This document shows, piece after piece, positions 1 through 7,049 of a stretch of DNA of 64,000 nucleotides (position 1 is the first letter of the stretch; the number at the start of each line of letters is the position of its first letter). Source of the stretch: Planctomycetota bacterium (GTDB lineage: Bacteria; Planctomycetota; MHYJ01; WSZJ01); the NCBI GenBank assembly GCA_038060895.1, contig JBBTCT010000009.1, forward strand, positions 336,082 to 400,081. Direction: 5' to 3'. The notes under the pieces were generated by a model. It made no database searches, had not been told where the DNA came from, and saw only the letters and a program-made list of their open reading frames with translations. Made by a program: the position numbers and the translations under genes.

Positions 1-27
1 TGAGCGCGGGGAGGGGGAAAACGGTGT

Positions 28-342
28 TCATGGGTGTGCCGCGTGGCGGAGTCCCTGTTTCAGGACCGTGGCGACGTGGGCGTCAGAGAGCGCGTACCAC
101 ACCACCCGGCCGTCGCGGCGCGCAGTGACGATCCGGCGGTCGCGCAGTTTCGAGAGCTGGTGGGAAAGCGCTGAAATGCTGCACCCGAGGGAAGCGGCCA
201 GGTCCGTGACGCGGGACTCGCGGGAGCGCATGAGCGCGCACAGCAGGCGCAGCCGGGTGCGGTCGGCAAGCGCGGAGAAAATGCGTTCGGCGTCACGGAG
301 AACTCGAGAGGACGGCGCATGGACGGGGCGTCGGATGCTCAT
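28..342 (-). CDS. ArsR/SmtB-family metal-sensing repressor (alpha5 site, SmtB/CzrA-like)
   Basis: ALADRTRLRLL...SALSHQLSKLR...wHTH. C-terminal D-x-H-x10-H-x2-H (DAHVATVLKQGLRHAAH) matches the alpha5 Zn/Co site. ATG 342 lies 7 nt after a -10 box. Confidence 0.88.
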   Translation of the reverse strand: MSIRRPVHAPSSRVLRDAERIFSALADRTRLRLLCALMRSRESRVTDLAASLGCSISALSHQLSKLRDRRIVTARRDGRVVWYALSDAHVATVLKQGLRHAAHP

Positions 343-349
343 GAACCGG

Positions 350-378
350 ATTGTCCCGGGAGGCCGGCAGCACGTCAA
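350..378 (-). promoter_or_regulatory. sigma70-type promoter of the ArsR gene (leaderless)
   Basis: Minus strand TTGACG-N17-GACAAT-N7-ATG. Confidence 0.65.
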
Positions 379-379
379 A

Positions 380-412
380 TGAATTGTTGATCAATTGTTC
401 AAGTATTCAATG
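380..412. promoter_or_regulatory. Putative SmtB/CzrA-type operator
   Basis: AT-rich imperfect inverted repeat in GC-rich DNA. Minus strand reads TGAACAATTGATCAA, resembling the TGAACAnnnnTTCA ArsR boxes, immediately upstream of the -35. Confidence 0.55.
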
Positions 413-430
413 AACTGCCGGCATGCCCGG

Positions 431-1291
431 CTACCTCCACTTCCGGACGATTCCCTCCGCGCCCCCCGCGAGCAGCAGGTCGGCCGCACCCCGGGCCGCC
501 TCTTCCGGCCCGCTTCCCACGGCCTCCGCCCGCAGCCCGGCGAGGTCCGCCCGAAGCCACAGCTTTCCGCTCCGCCACGAAGCGTGCGCCCCCAGCGGCG
601 TCCGGCAGCCTGCCCCGAGCAGCCGGAATAGCGCACGCTCGGCATCGACGGCGGCGTGAACGGCGGCGTCGTCGATCCCGGAGGCCAGCGCTTCCTCCCC
701 GGCGCGCGTCTCCACGGCGAGCGCCGCCTGTCCCGCGGGCGGGATCAGGTCGTCGAGAGGGATCATCTCCGCGATCCTCCCGTCGAGCGCAAGCCGCCTC
801 AAACCCGCGAATGCCATGAGAAGCGCTTCGAAATCTCCGGCATCCAGTTTCCGGACCCGGGTATCCACGTTTCCGCGTACTGGAACGGCGCGCAGGGCGG
901 GAAAGCGTCGGGCGAGCCAGTCCTGGCGGCGGGGGCTGGAGGTGGCGACACGGGAGCCCGGGGTAAGAGCGGCCAGCGGGCGGCCCAGGACGGCGTCGCG
1001 AGGGTCTTCGCGCTCCGGGACCGCCGCCAGCGACAGCCCGGCGGCCGTCCGGGACGGAAGGTCTTTCAGCGAATGCACGGCGACGTCGATCCGGCGGTCG
1101 AGAAGCGCCTCTTCGAGCTCCCTGGTGAAGACCCCGACACCGATCTGTTCCACCGGGAGGTCCTGCGAAGCGTCGCCGCTGGACCGGATTACGATGGTTT
1201 CTACTGTTGCGCCGGCGGCCTCGAGCCGCCCTCGCACGCCGGCCGCCTGCGCCCTCGCAAGCGCGCTTCCGCGAGTCCCCAGCCGGATCAC
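431..1291 (-). CDS. hemC: Hydroxymethylbilane synthase (porphobilinogen deaminase)
   Basis: IRLGTRGSALA, AVHSLKDLP, VRGNVDTR and LGAGCRTPLG motifs. GTG start overlaps the hemA stop (GTGA). Confidence 0.95.
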   Translation of the reverse strand: MIRLGTRGSALARAQAAGVRGRLEAAGATVETIVIRSSGDASQDLPVEQIGVGVFTRELEEALLDRRIDVAVHSLKDLPSRTAAGLSLAAVPEREDPRDAVLGRPLAALTPGSRVATSSPRRQDWLARRFPALRAVPVRGNVDTRVRKLDAGDFEALLMAFAGLRRLALDGRIAEMIPLDDLIPPAGQAALAVETRAGEEALASGIDDAAVHAAVDAERALFRLLGAGCRTPLGAHASWRSGKLWLRADLAGLRAEAVGSGPEEAARGAADLLLAGGAEGIVRKWR

Positions 1292-2307
1292 AGCTCCTGT
1301 TGCGCCGTGGACCACGCGCGCGCCTCCTGCTCGACCATGCGACGGCCCTCGTCGAGCTTCGCGCGGCGGCCGGCCGCGTTCCGCTCGACAACGCTTTTCA
1401 GGTCGTCGATGTTGTAGACGTACAGGTCGGGGATGCGTTCTGCCGCGTCCTCCACGTTCCGCGGGACCCCGATATCCACGACAAACATCGGCGTTCCTCC
1501 TCGCTCGGCCATCGCAGCCCGCAGCATGCCGGCGGTGATGAGCGGTCTTTCCACCGAAGCGCAGGCGACGACGATGTCGGCGTCGCCCAGCGCCCGGGGC
1601 AGGGCCTCGAGGGAAAGGGGCGAGGCGCCCAGCCTCTCCGCGACCGCCGCGGCACGTTCCTCCGTCCTGTTCGCGATCGTCACGCGCAGCACGCCGCGGT
1701 CGCGCAGGCAGCGCGCCGTCAGCTCGCCGGTTTCGCCCGCCCCGAGAACGAGCACTCGCTTCTGCTTCAATTCGCGGAAAACCTTCTCCGCAAGCTCGAC
1801 CGCGACGCTTGCGACGGAGAGCTTTCCCTCCGCAATCCGAGTTCGCGTATGGACTGCCTTGGCGACGTTGAACGCCTTCTGGAACAGCCTGTGAAACAGC
1901 TTCCCGACGCTCCCCGCTTCCGTCGCGATCCGGTACGCGTCCTTCACCTGGGCGAGGATTTCCGTTTCGCCGACGATCATCGAGTCGAGCGAGGAGGCGA
2001 CGGAGAACAGGTGCGAGACCGCTTTTTCGCCGCGGAGGTCGTAGACGAACGGCTGAAGCGCGCCGGGGGGGAGGCCGCTGCGGGAGGCGATGAGGGACAC
2101 GGCGCGCGGCGCCGCGGCCTCCGGGTTCCCGGCCATCCAGGCTTCCACCCGGTTGCACGTCGAGATCAGGAGCGCCTCTTCGACGGACGGCTTTTCACGG
2201 AGCTGCGCGAGGAACCGCGCCGCTTCCTGTGCCGGCACCGCGACTTTTTCGCGCATCTCGACGGGTGCGTTGCGGTGATTGAGGCCGATGACCTGGATCT
2301 CGGTCAC
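1288..2307 (-). CDS. hemA: Glutamyl-tRNA reductase (short form, ~339 aa)
   Basis: GLNHRNAP, ISTCNRVE, SLDSMIVGETEILAQVK, GAGETG, DIGVPRNV. GTG start overlaps the upstream stop. Confidence 0.95.
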   Translation of the reverse strand: MTEIQVIGLNHRNAPVEMREKVAVPAQEAARFLAQLREKPSVEEALLISTCNRVEAWMAGNPEAAAPRAVSLIASRSGLPPGALQPFVYDLRGEKAVSHLFSVASSLDSMIVGETEILAQVKDAYRIATEAGSVGKLFHRLFQKAFNVAKAVHTRTRIAEGKLSVASVAVELAEKVFRELKQKRVLVLGAGETGELTARCLRDRGVLRVTIANRTEERAAAVAERLGASPLSLEALPRALGDADIVVACASVERPLITAGMLRAAMAERGGTPMFVVDIGVPRNVEDAAERIPDLYVYNIDDLKSVVERNAAGRRAKLDEGRRMVEQEARAWSTAQQEL

Positions 2308-3128
2308 GGGTGGTGGACTCCCGTGCCGAGGATGGAAGCGCCGAACAGGGTGAAAGCGGCGACGGCGAACGACCAGATCGACATCCGGGCGGCGGAGCGG
2401 CCGTGGTAACCGCGGGTGAAGCGCATGGCGACGAGCCCGCCGTAGCAGAGCCATGTGACGAGGCCGCCCAGGGCGCGTCCGTCGTCCAGGAACGGCTTGT
2501 CGAGGAGAACGGCGCGCGTCAGGCCGAAGGCAATTCCGACGGTGAGCAGGACGAATCCGGCCATGACGGAAGAGGAGTTGACGGCGTTTGCGGCCTCGAG
2601 GGAGGGAAGGGCGGAGACGAGAGGCCCCGATGCGTGGTGTTTGAGCAGGCGTTCCTGGAGCAGGTAGATCGCGCCGGTCGCAAATGCGAGCAGGAACGCG
2701 GCATACGCGAGGGCCACGAGAGCGATGTGAAAAGGGGTAATGGCGCTGTCCGGGACGGCCGCAGGCGCGGTGTGGAACATGCGCAGGTAGGGCGTTCCAG
2801 AAACGGCGACGGCGAGCGGCGAAACCGCGGCCGTGATGGCGGGCATCTCGAAGCGGACATCGACGGCGAGCGCGGCGACGGCGGCAAGCGCCGCGGCGAA
2901 AACGCAGGCTTCGAACAGGTGGAACATCGGGCAGGCGTGCGTGCGCGCCGCGGCGTGGACGAGAAACGCCCCGTGTGCGAGGACGCCCACCGCGGTGAAG
3001 ATCCGGATGAAGTGCGGGAGCGAGTCGCGCCGGGCGAGCAGGGCGCCCAGTGCGGCCGCGCCCGCCGTCGCGTAGGCGATCAGCCCGAACCAGAACATCA
3101 CGAGCTCGGCGGCGGCGTAGGGGGCCAT
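2304..3128 (-). CDS. CcsA/HemX-like cytochrome c assembly membrane protein
   Basis: About 8 hydrophobic segments, HIALVALAYAAF, YLLQERLLK, LPSLE, C-terminal His. Typical position next to hemA. Confidence 0.8.
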   Translation of the reverse strand: MAPYAAAELVMFWFGLIAYATAGAAALGALLARRDSLPHFIRIFTAVGVLAHGAFLVHAAARTHACPMFHLFEACVFAAALAAVAALAVDVRFEMPAITAAVSPLAVAVSGTPYLRMFHTAPAAVPDSAITPFHIALVALAYAAFLLAFATGAIYLLQERLLKHHASGPLVSALPSLEAANAVNSSSVMAGFVLLTVGIAFGLTRAVLLDKPFLDDGRALGGLVTWLCYGGLVAMRFTRGYHGRSAARMSIWSFAVAAFTLFGASILGTGVHHP

Positions 3129-3697
3129 CAGCGGCGCTTCTTTCGGCCGCGTGCCAGCGCGCGGAGAATCCGCCGCCGCTTCCCGGGTGGAACGCCCCGG
3201 GCGCGCAGCTCGATCCGCTTCCGCTTCACCCTCTCCGCAAGCGCAACCCATCCTCCCGCCAACAGGGCCTTGATCTCGCGCTTCAGCTTCGCCCCGACTG
3301 CCGGAGCTGCGCCGTTTGTCGAGACGGCGACCGCGACGGTGCCCTCCCGAAGCGCTGCGGGGACATGAAAGTCGCACCCAGCCGGGTCGTCGCACACGTT
3401 CACCAGGATTCCCCTGGCGCGACAGATATTCATCACGGCGGCATTGACCGCCCGGTCGTCGCTCGCCGCGAACGCGACCGACGCGCCCCGCAGGTGTGCG
3501 GCGCGGTAGGGTTCGTCCACGCGGCCGACCGGCAGGCTTTCGAACCCGCGTGCGAATCTCGGAGCGACTACCGTGATGACGGCGCCGGCCCGGACAAGCG
3601 CGCGCGTTTTTCTGAGCGCGACCTGCCCACCGCCGATGACAACGACTGGCCGGCCGCGGAGGTTCAGGAAAACAGGGTAGAGCGTGTTCGTGGACAT
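3128..3697 (-). CDS. Precorrin-2 dehydrogenase/sirohydrochlorin ferrochelatase (SirC/CysG N-terminal type)
   Basis: YPVFLNL, VIGGGQVALRK, VNVCDDP...DFHVPA, VAVSTNGAAP. Confidence 0.9.
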   Translation of the reverse strand: MSTNTLYPVFLNLRGRPVVVIGGGQVALRKTRALVRAGAVITVVAPRFARGFESLPVGRVDEPYRAAHLRGASVAFAASDDRAVNAAVMNICRARGILVNVCDDPAGCDFHVPAALREGTVAVAVSTNGAAPAVGAKLKREIKALLAGGWVALAERVKRKRIELRARGVPPGKRRRILRALARGRKKRR

Positions 3698-3751
3698 GGG
3701 GTCGAAGAGCGATCTTAGACCCTTCGGCCGAAGGTGGATAGCCGACCTTTC

Positions 3752-3779
3752 TTGCCCGCGCCCTTCCGGCGTCTAGAAT
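3752..3779 (+). promoter_or_regulatory. Promoter of the tsaC-phosphatase/rpiB operon (leaderless)
   Basis: TTGCCC-N16-TAGAAT-N6-ATG(3786). Confidence 0.55.
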
Positions 3780-3785
3780 GTTGCC

Positions 3786-4847
3786 ATGGGTGACACGCGC
3801 GTCTTCCCGCTCTCCAGGGCGGTCTTTCAACCCGACGACCTGGCGGAGCCCGCGCGTATTCTGGCGGCCGGGGGGCTCGTCGCGTTTCCGACCGAAACCG
3901 TCTATGGCCTGGGGACCAATGCCGAGCGGGGCGCAAGCGTGACGCGGCTCCTCGAAGTCACGCGCAGCCCCGCGGACCGCCGGCTCACGCTCCATCTCTC
4001 CCAGATCTGGGAGCTCGACCGCTGGGTCCGCGACATCCCGCCTGCCGTCCGCCGACTCACCCGCCGATTCTGGCCCGGACCGCTGACCATCGTCCTCCGC
4101 TGCTCCGACGGCGAGACGCGCGGCTTCCGAATTCCAGCCGACGAGGTCGCCCGCGAACTCCTCAAGCTCGCCGCCGTTCCCGTCGTCGCCACGAGCGTGA
4201 ACGCCGCGGAAGCGCCCCCGATCAACGACCCCGCGACGATCCTGAAGCACTTCGGCGGCCAGATTGACGCGGTCGTCGATGGCGGCCCCGCACGTTTCGC
4301 GAGACAGTCCACGGTTGTCGAAGTTGACGAGAAGGGCTGTCGTGTCTCGCGCGAGGGAGTTGTGCCTCGAGTCGAGATCGAGGAAGCATGCCGGCGACGG
4401 ATCCTCTTCGTCTGCTCGGGCAACACGTGCCGTTCTCCCATGGCGGAGGTCCTGATGCGCCGGGCACTGGCGCTGCGCCTTGGCGTGGGCGAGGACAAGG
4501 TGGAGGACAAGGGATACTCCGTGGAATCCGCCGGCGCTGGCGCTTCCGCGGGAGCCCCGATGGCCGAGGACGCAGCGCGTGTGCTTGAGGAGATGGGCTG
4601 CCGGGTTCGCGAGAGGAAGTCACGCCCGCTGACTGCGGACATGGTGCGCGAGGCGGACCACGTCTACGCCATGACGAGGGCGCACCTGTCGCGCGTGATC
4701 GAGATGGCGCCCGAGGCTGCCGGGCGGGCCCGAAGGCTGGATTCTGCGCGAGACATCGAGGACCCCGTGGGGGCCGGCGTGGAAGCGTACCGTGCCGCAG
4801 CCAAACAGATCCGCAAGGCCCTGGAGGGGGTGGTGAAATCGCTATGA
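3786..4847 (+). CDS. Fusion of TsaC/Sua5 (YrdC) domain and LMW protein-arginine phosphatase (YwlE-like)
   Basis: N-terminal VAFPTETVYGLG, FWPGPLTIV, ATSVN, STVV. C-terminal ILFVCSGNTCRSPMAE and DIEDPVG. Confidence 0.9.
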   Translation: MGDTRVFPLSRAVFQPDDLAEPARILAAGGLVAFPTETVYGLGTNAERGASVTRLLEVTRSPADRRLTLHLSQIWELDRWVRDIPPAVRRLTRRFWPGPLTIVLRCSDGETRGFRIPADEVARELLKLAAVPVVATSVNAAEAPPINDPATILKHFGGQIDAVVDGGPARFARQSTVVEVDEKGCRVSREGVVPRVEIEEACRRRILFVCSGNTCRSPMAEVLMRRALALRLGVGEDKVEDKGYSVESAGAGASAGAPMAEDAARVLEEMGCRVRERKSRPLTADMVREADHVYAMTRAHLSRVIEMAPEAAGRARRLDSARDIEDPVGAGVEAYRAAAKQIRKALEGVVKSL

Positions 4848-5287
4848 AAATCGCAATCGGATCGGATCACGCCGGGTTCCGGGCAAAAGAGGCGCTGAAG
4901 GGGTCGCTGGTGTCGGCGGGGCACCAGGTCGAGGATCTCGGGACGAAATCCGAAGATTCGTGCGACTACACCGATTTTTCGTTCGCGGTGGCGGAGAGGG
5001 TCGCGAAGGGCGGCGCCGAGCGTGGAGTGATCCTCTGCGGAACCGGCATCGGGTCGGCGATCGCCGCGAACAAGGTCAAAGGGATCCGCGCCGCGCTGGT
5101 CCACGATGGATTCACGGCCGAGATGAGCCGTCGGCACAACGACGCCAACGTGCTCGTTCTTGGCGCCCGAGTCCTGGCCGAGGAACGAATCAAGGACCTC
5201 GCGAAGATCTGGATCGAGACGCCTTTCGACGGCGGACGGCACGAGAGGCGCGTCGGGAAGATCGGGGCGTACGAGAAGAGCTGCTGA
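4844..5287 (+). CDS. rpiB: Ribose-5-phosphate isomerase B
   Basis: IGSDHAG, CGTGIG, ANKVKGIRAA, HNDANVL, FDGGRHERR. Confidence 0.96.
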   Translation: MKIAIGSDHAGFRAKEALKGSLVSAGHQVEDLGTKSEDSCDYTDFSFAVAERVAKGGAERGVILCGTGIGSAIAANKVKGIRAALVHDGFTAEMSRRHNDANVLVLGARVLAEERIKDLAKIWIETPFDGGRHERRVGKIGAYEKSC

Positions 5288-5325
5288 GCCGGGCCGCAAC
5301 CGGTGGAATCAATGCTGACTCACCA

Positions 5326-5676
5326 CTAGGCCCTGGCCGGCGCCTTGTCCAGCTCTGAAAGTGCCCGGCGCACCGCTTCAAGGCGGTCTGCCTTTCGCCT
5401 TGACGCGTCCGCCGCCCGTTTCAGGAGTTCGGCCGCTCGGGACTCCTCCATGCCACTGAGCTGTCCGGCGTAGCGCGCGGCGGTCTCCCAGGCAGGCCGG
5501 GTCGTCGGCAGCAGGTCGCGAAGGCTCTTTTCGAACAGGAGCCGGCGGTAGACCTGAAGCGCCTCGCGCCGGGCGGATTCTCCGGCGAGGACGCTGGCGG
5601 AGAGGAAGAGCGCGAGCAGGGCGCCGAGGGAGGCGCAGGCGACTGTCCAGGCGATATCGGGGAAGGGGAGGATCAT
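5326..5676 (-). CDS. Hypothetical protein with N-terminal membrane anchor
   Basis: Fills the gap between rpiB and the acyl-CoA dehydrogenase. N-terminal hydrophobic helix followed by helical charged region. Confidence 0.6.
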   Translation of the reverse strand: MILPFPDIAWTVACASLGALLALFLSASVLAGESARREALQVYRRLLFEKSLRDLLPTTRPAWETAARYAGQLSGMEESRAAELLKRAADASRRKADRLEAVRRALSELDKAPARA

Positions 5677-5761
5677 GGCGGAGTTTCTTTCCCCTCAACG
5701 GGTATATCGGGAAGAACGGCGCGCGGGCTTGAGTTGCTTGTCTGCAGGTCCGGAGGTTGAG

Positions 5762-6934
5762 TTAGGTGTAGGCCGCCAGCCCCGTAGCCGCCTGCCCCAG
5801 AACCAGCGTATGGATGTCGTGCGTCCCTTCGTACGTCTTCACGCTCTCGAGATTCATCATGTGACGGATGACCGGGTACTCGTCGATGATCCCGTTCGCT
5901 CCGTGCAGGTCCCGCGCCAGCCGGGCGATGTTGAGCGCGATCTCCACGTTGTTTCTCTTCGCGAGCGAGACCTGCTCCGGCTTCAGCTTCTTCTGGTCCT
6001 TGAGTTGCGCGAGCCTGAGGCAAAGGCACTGGGCCTTCGTGATTTCGGTGAGCATGTAGGCGAGCTTTTCCTGGTTAAGCTGGAAAGCGCCGATAGGCCG
6101 GTCGAACTGGATTCGGGTCTTCGCGTAGTTCACGCTCGAGTCGTAACACGCCATCGCGGCGCCGATGGCGCCCCAGGCAATCCCGTAGCGCGCCTGCGTC
6201 AGGCAGGAAAGGGGCCCCTTCAGCCCTTTGACGTCAGGGAAGACGCAGTCCTCCGGAATGGCGCAATCGCTGAAGATGAGTTCCCCCGTGATCGAGGCTC
6301 GCAGGCTCCACTTGTTGTGAGTCTCTTTCGTTGTGAACCCCGGCGTCCCTTTTTCGACAAGGAACCCGCGAATCTGGTCCTCTTCGTCTTTCGCCCAGAC
6401 CACCGCGATGTCAGCCACGGACGCGTTCGTGATCCACATCTTCGCGCCGTTCAGGATCCACTTGCCGCCCTTTCTCTTCGCCCTCGTGATCATCCCGCCC
6501 GGATTCGAGCCGTGGTCCGGCTCCGTCAAACCGAAACACCCGATCTTCTTTCCGTGCGCCATCGGAGGAAGCCACTTCTTCCTGTGCTCTTCCGTCCCGT
6601 ACGTCCAGATCGGCCACATGCACAGGGACGTCTGGACGCTCGCGAACGACCGAAGCCCCGAATCTCCCCGCTCCAGCTCCTGCAGGATCAGGCCGTAGGC
6701 CGTCGCGTTCATTCCGGCGCAGTCGTACCCCTGGATCGGCGCCCCCAGCAGGCCCAGCTCCGCCATCTCGGGAATCAGGTTTTCCGGAAAGGTCCCGGCG
6801 CGGTTGTGCTGCTCGATGACGGGCATGAAGCGCCGCGACACCCATTCGCGGACCGTGTCCCGCACGGCGCGCTCTTCCTCCGTCAGCAGCTCGTCGAGCT
6901 GGTAGAAGTCGATTCCAGTGAACGGCGCTGTCAT
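5762..6934 (-). CDS. Acyl-CoA dehydrogenase, glutaryl-CoA dehydrogenase-like
   Basis: ELERGDSGLRS, GCFGLTEPDHGS, GAKMWITN, LHGANGI, TYEGTHDIH. SD (AAGGAAGG) upstream. Confidence 0.92.
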   Translation of the reverse strand: MTAPFTGIDFYQLDELLTEEERAVRDTVREWVSRRFMPVIEQHNRAGTFPENLIPEMAELGLLGAPIQGYDCAGMNATAYGLILQELERGDSGLRSFASVQTSLCMWPIWTYGTEEHRKKWLPPMAHGKKIGCFGLTEPDHGSNPGGMITRAKRKGGKWILNGAKMWITNASVADIAVVWAKDEEDQIRGFLVEKGTPGFTTKETHNKWSLRASITGELIFSDCAIPEDCVFPDVKGLKGPLSCLTQARYGIAWGAIGAAMACYDSSVNYAKTRIQFDRPIGAFQLNQEKLAYMLTEITKAQCLCLRLAQLKDQKKLKPEQVSLAKRNNVEIALNIARLARDLHGANGIIDEYPVIRHMMNLESVKTYEGTHDIHTLVLGQAATGLAAYT

Positions 6935-7006
6935 CGGACGCCCCTTCCTTGATGAATGGCATTAAACATCTTTGAGATCCCGCCCGGTCACTCGCGGGAG
7001 GGAGGA

Positions 7007-7035
7007 AGTGTGCGGGGCGGCGCGCGTCGAGTCAA
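7007..7035 (-). promoter_or_regulatory. Promoter of the acyl-CoA dehydrogenase
   Basis: Minus strand TTGACT-N17-CACACT. Confidence 0.5.
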
Positions 7036-7049
7036 CAACCCCTGCGAAC

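Noticed and set aside
1292-4250. Long upstream extensions of hemC and the ccsA-like gene suggesting fusions or frameshifts
   Set aside because: Each gene has a coupled start overlapping the previous stop, and the extensions are Arg/Pro-rich off-frame translations.
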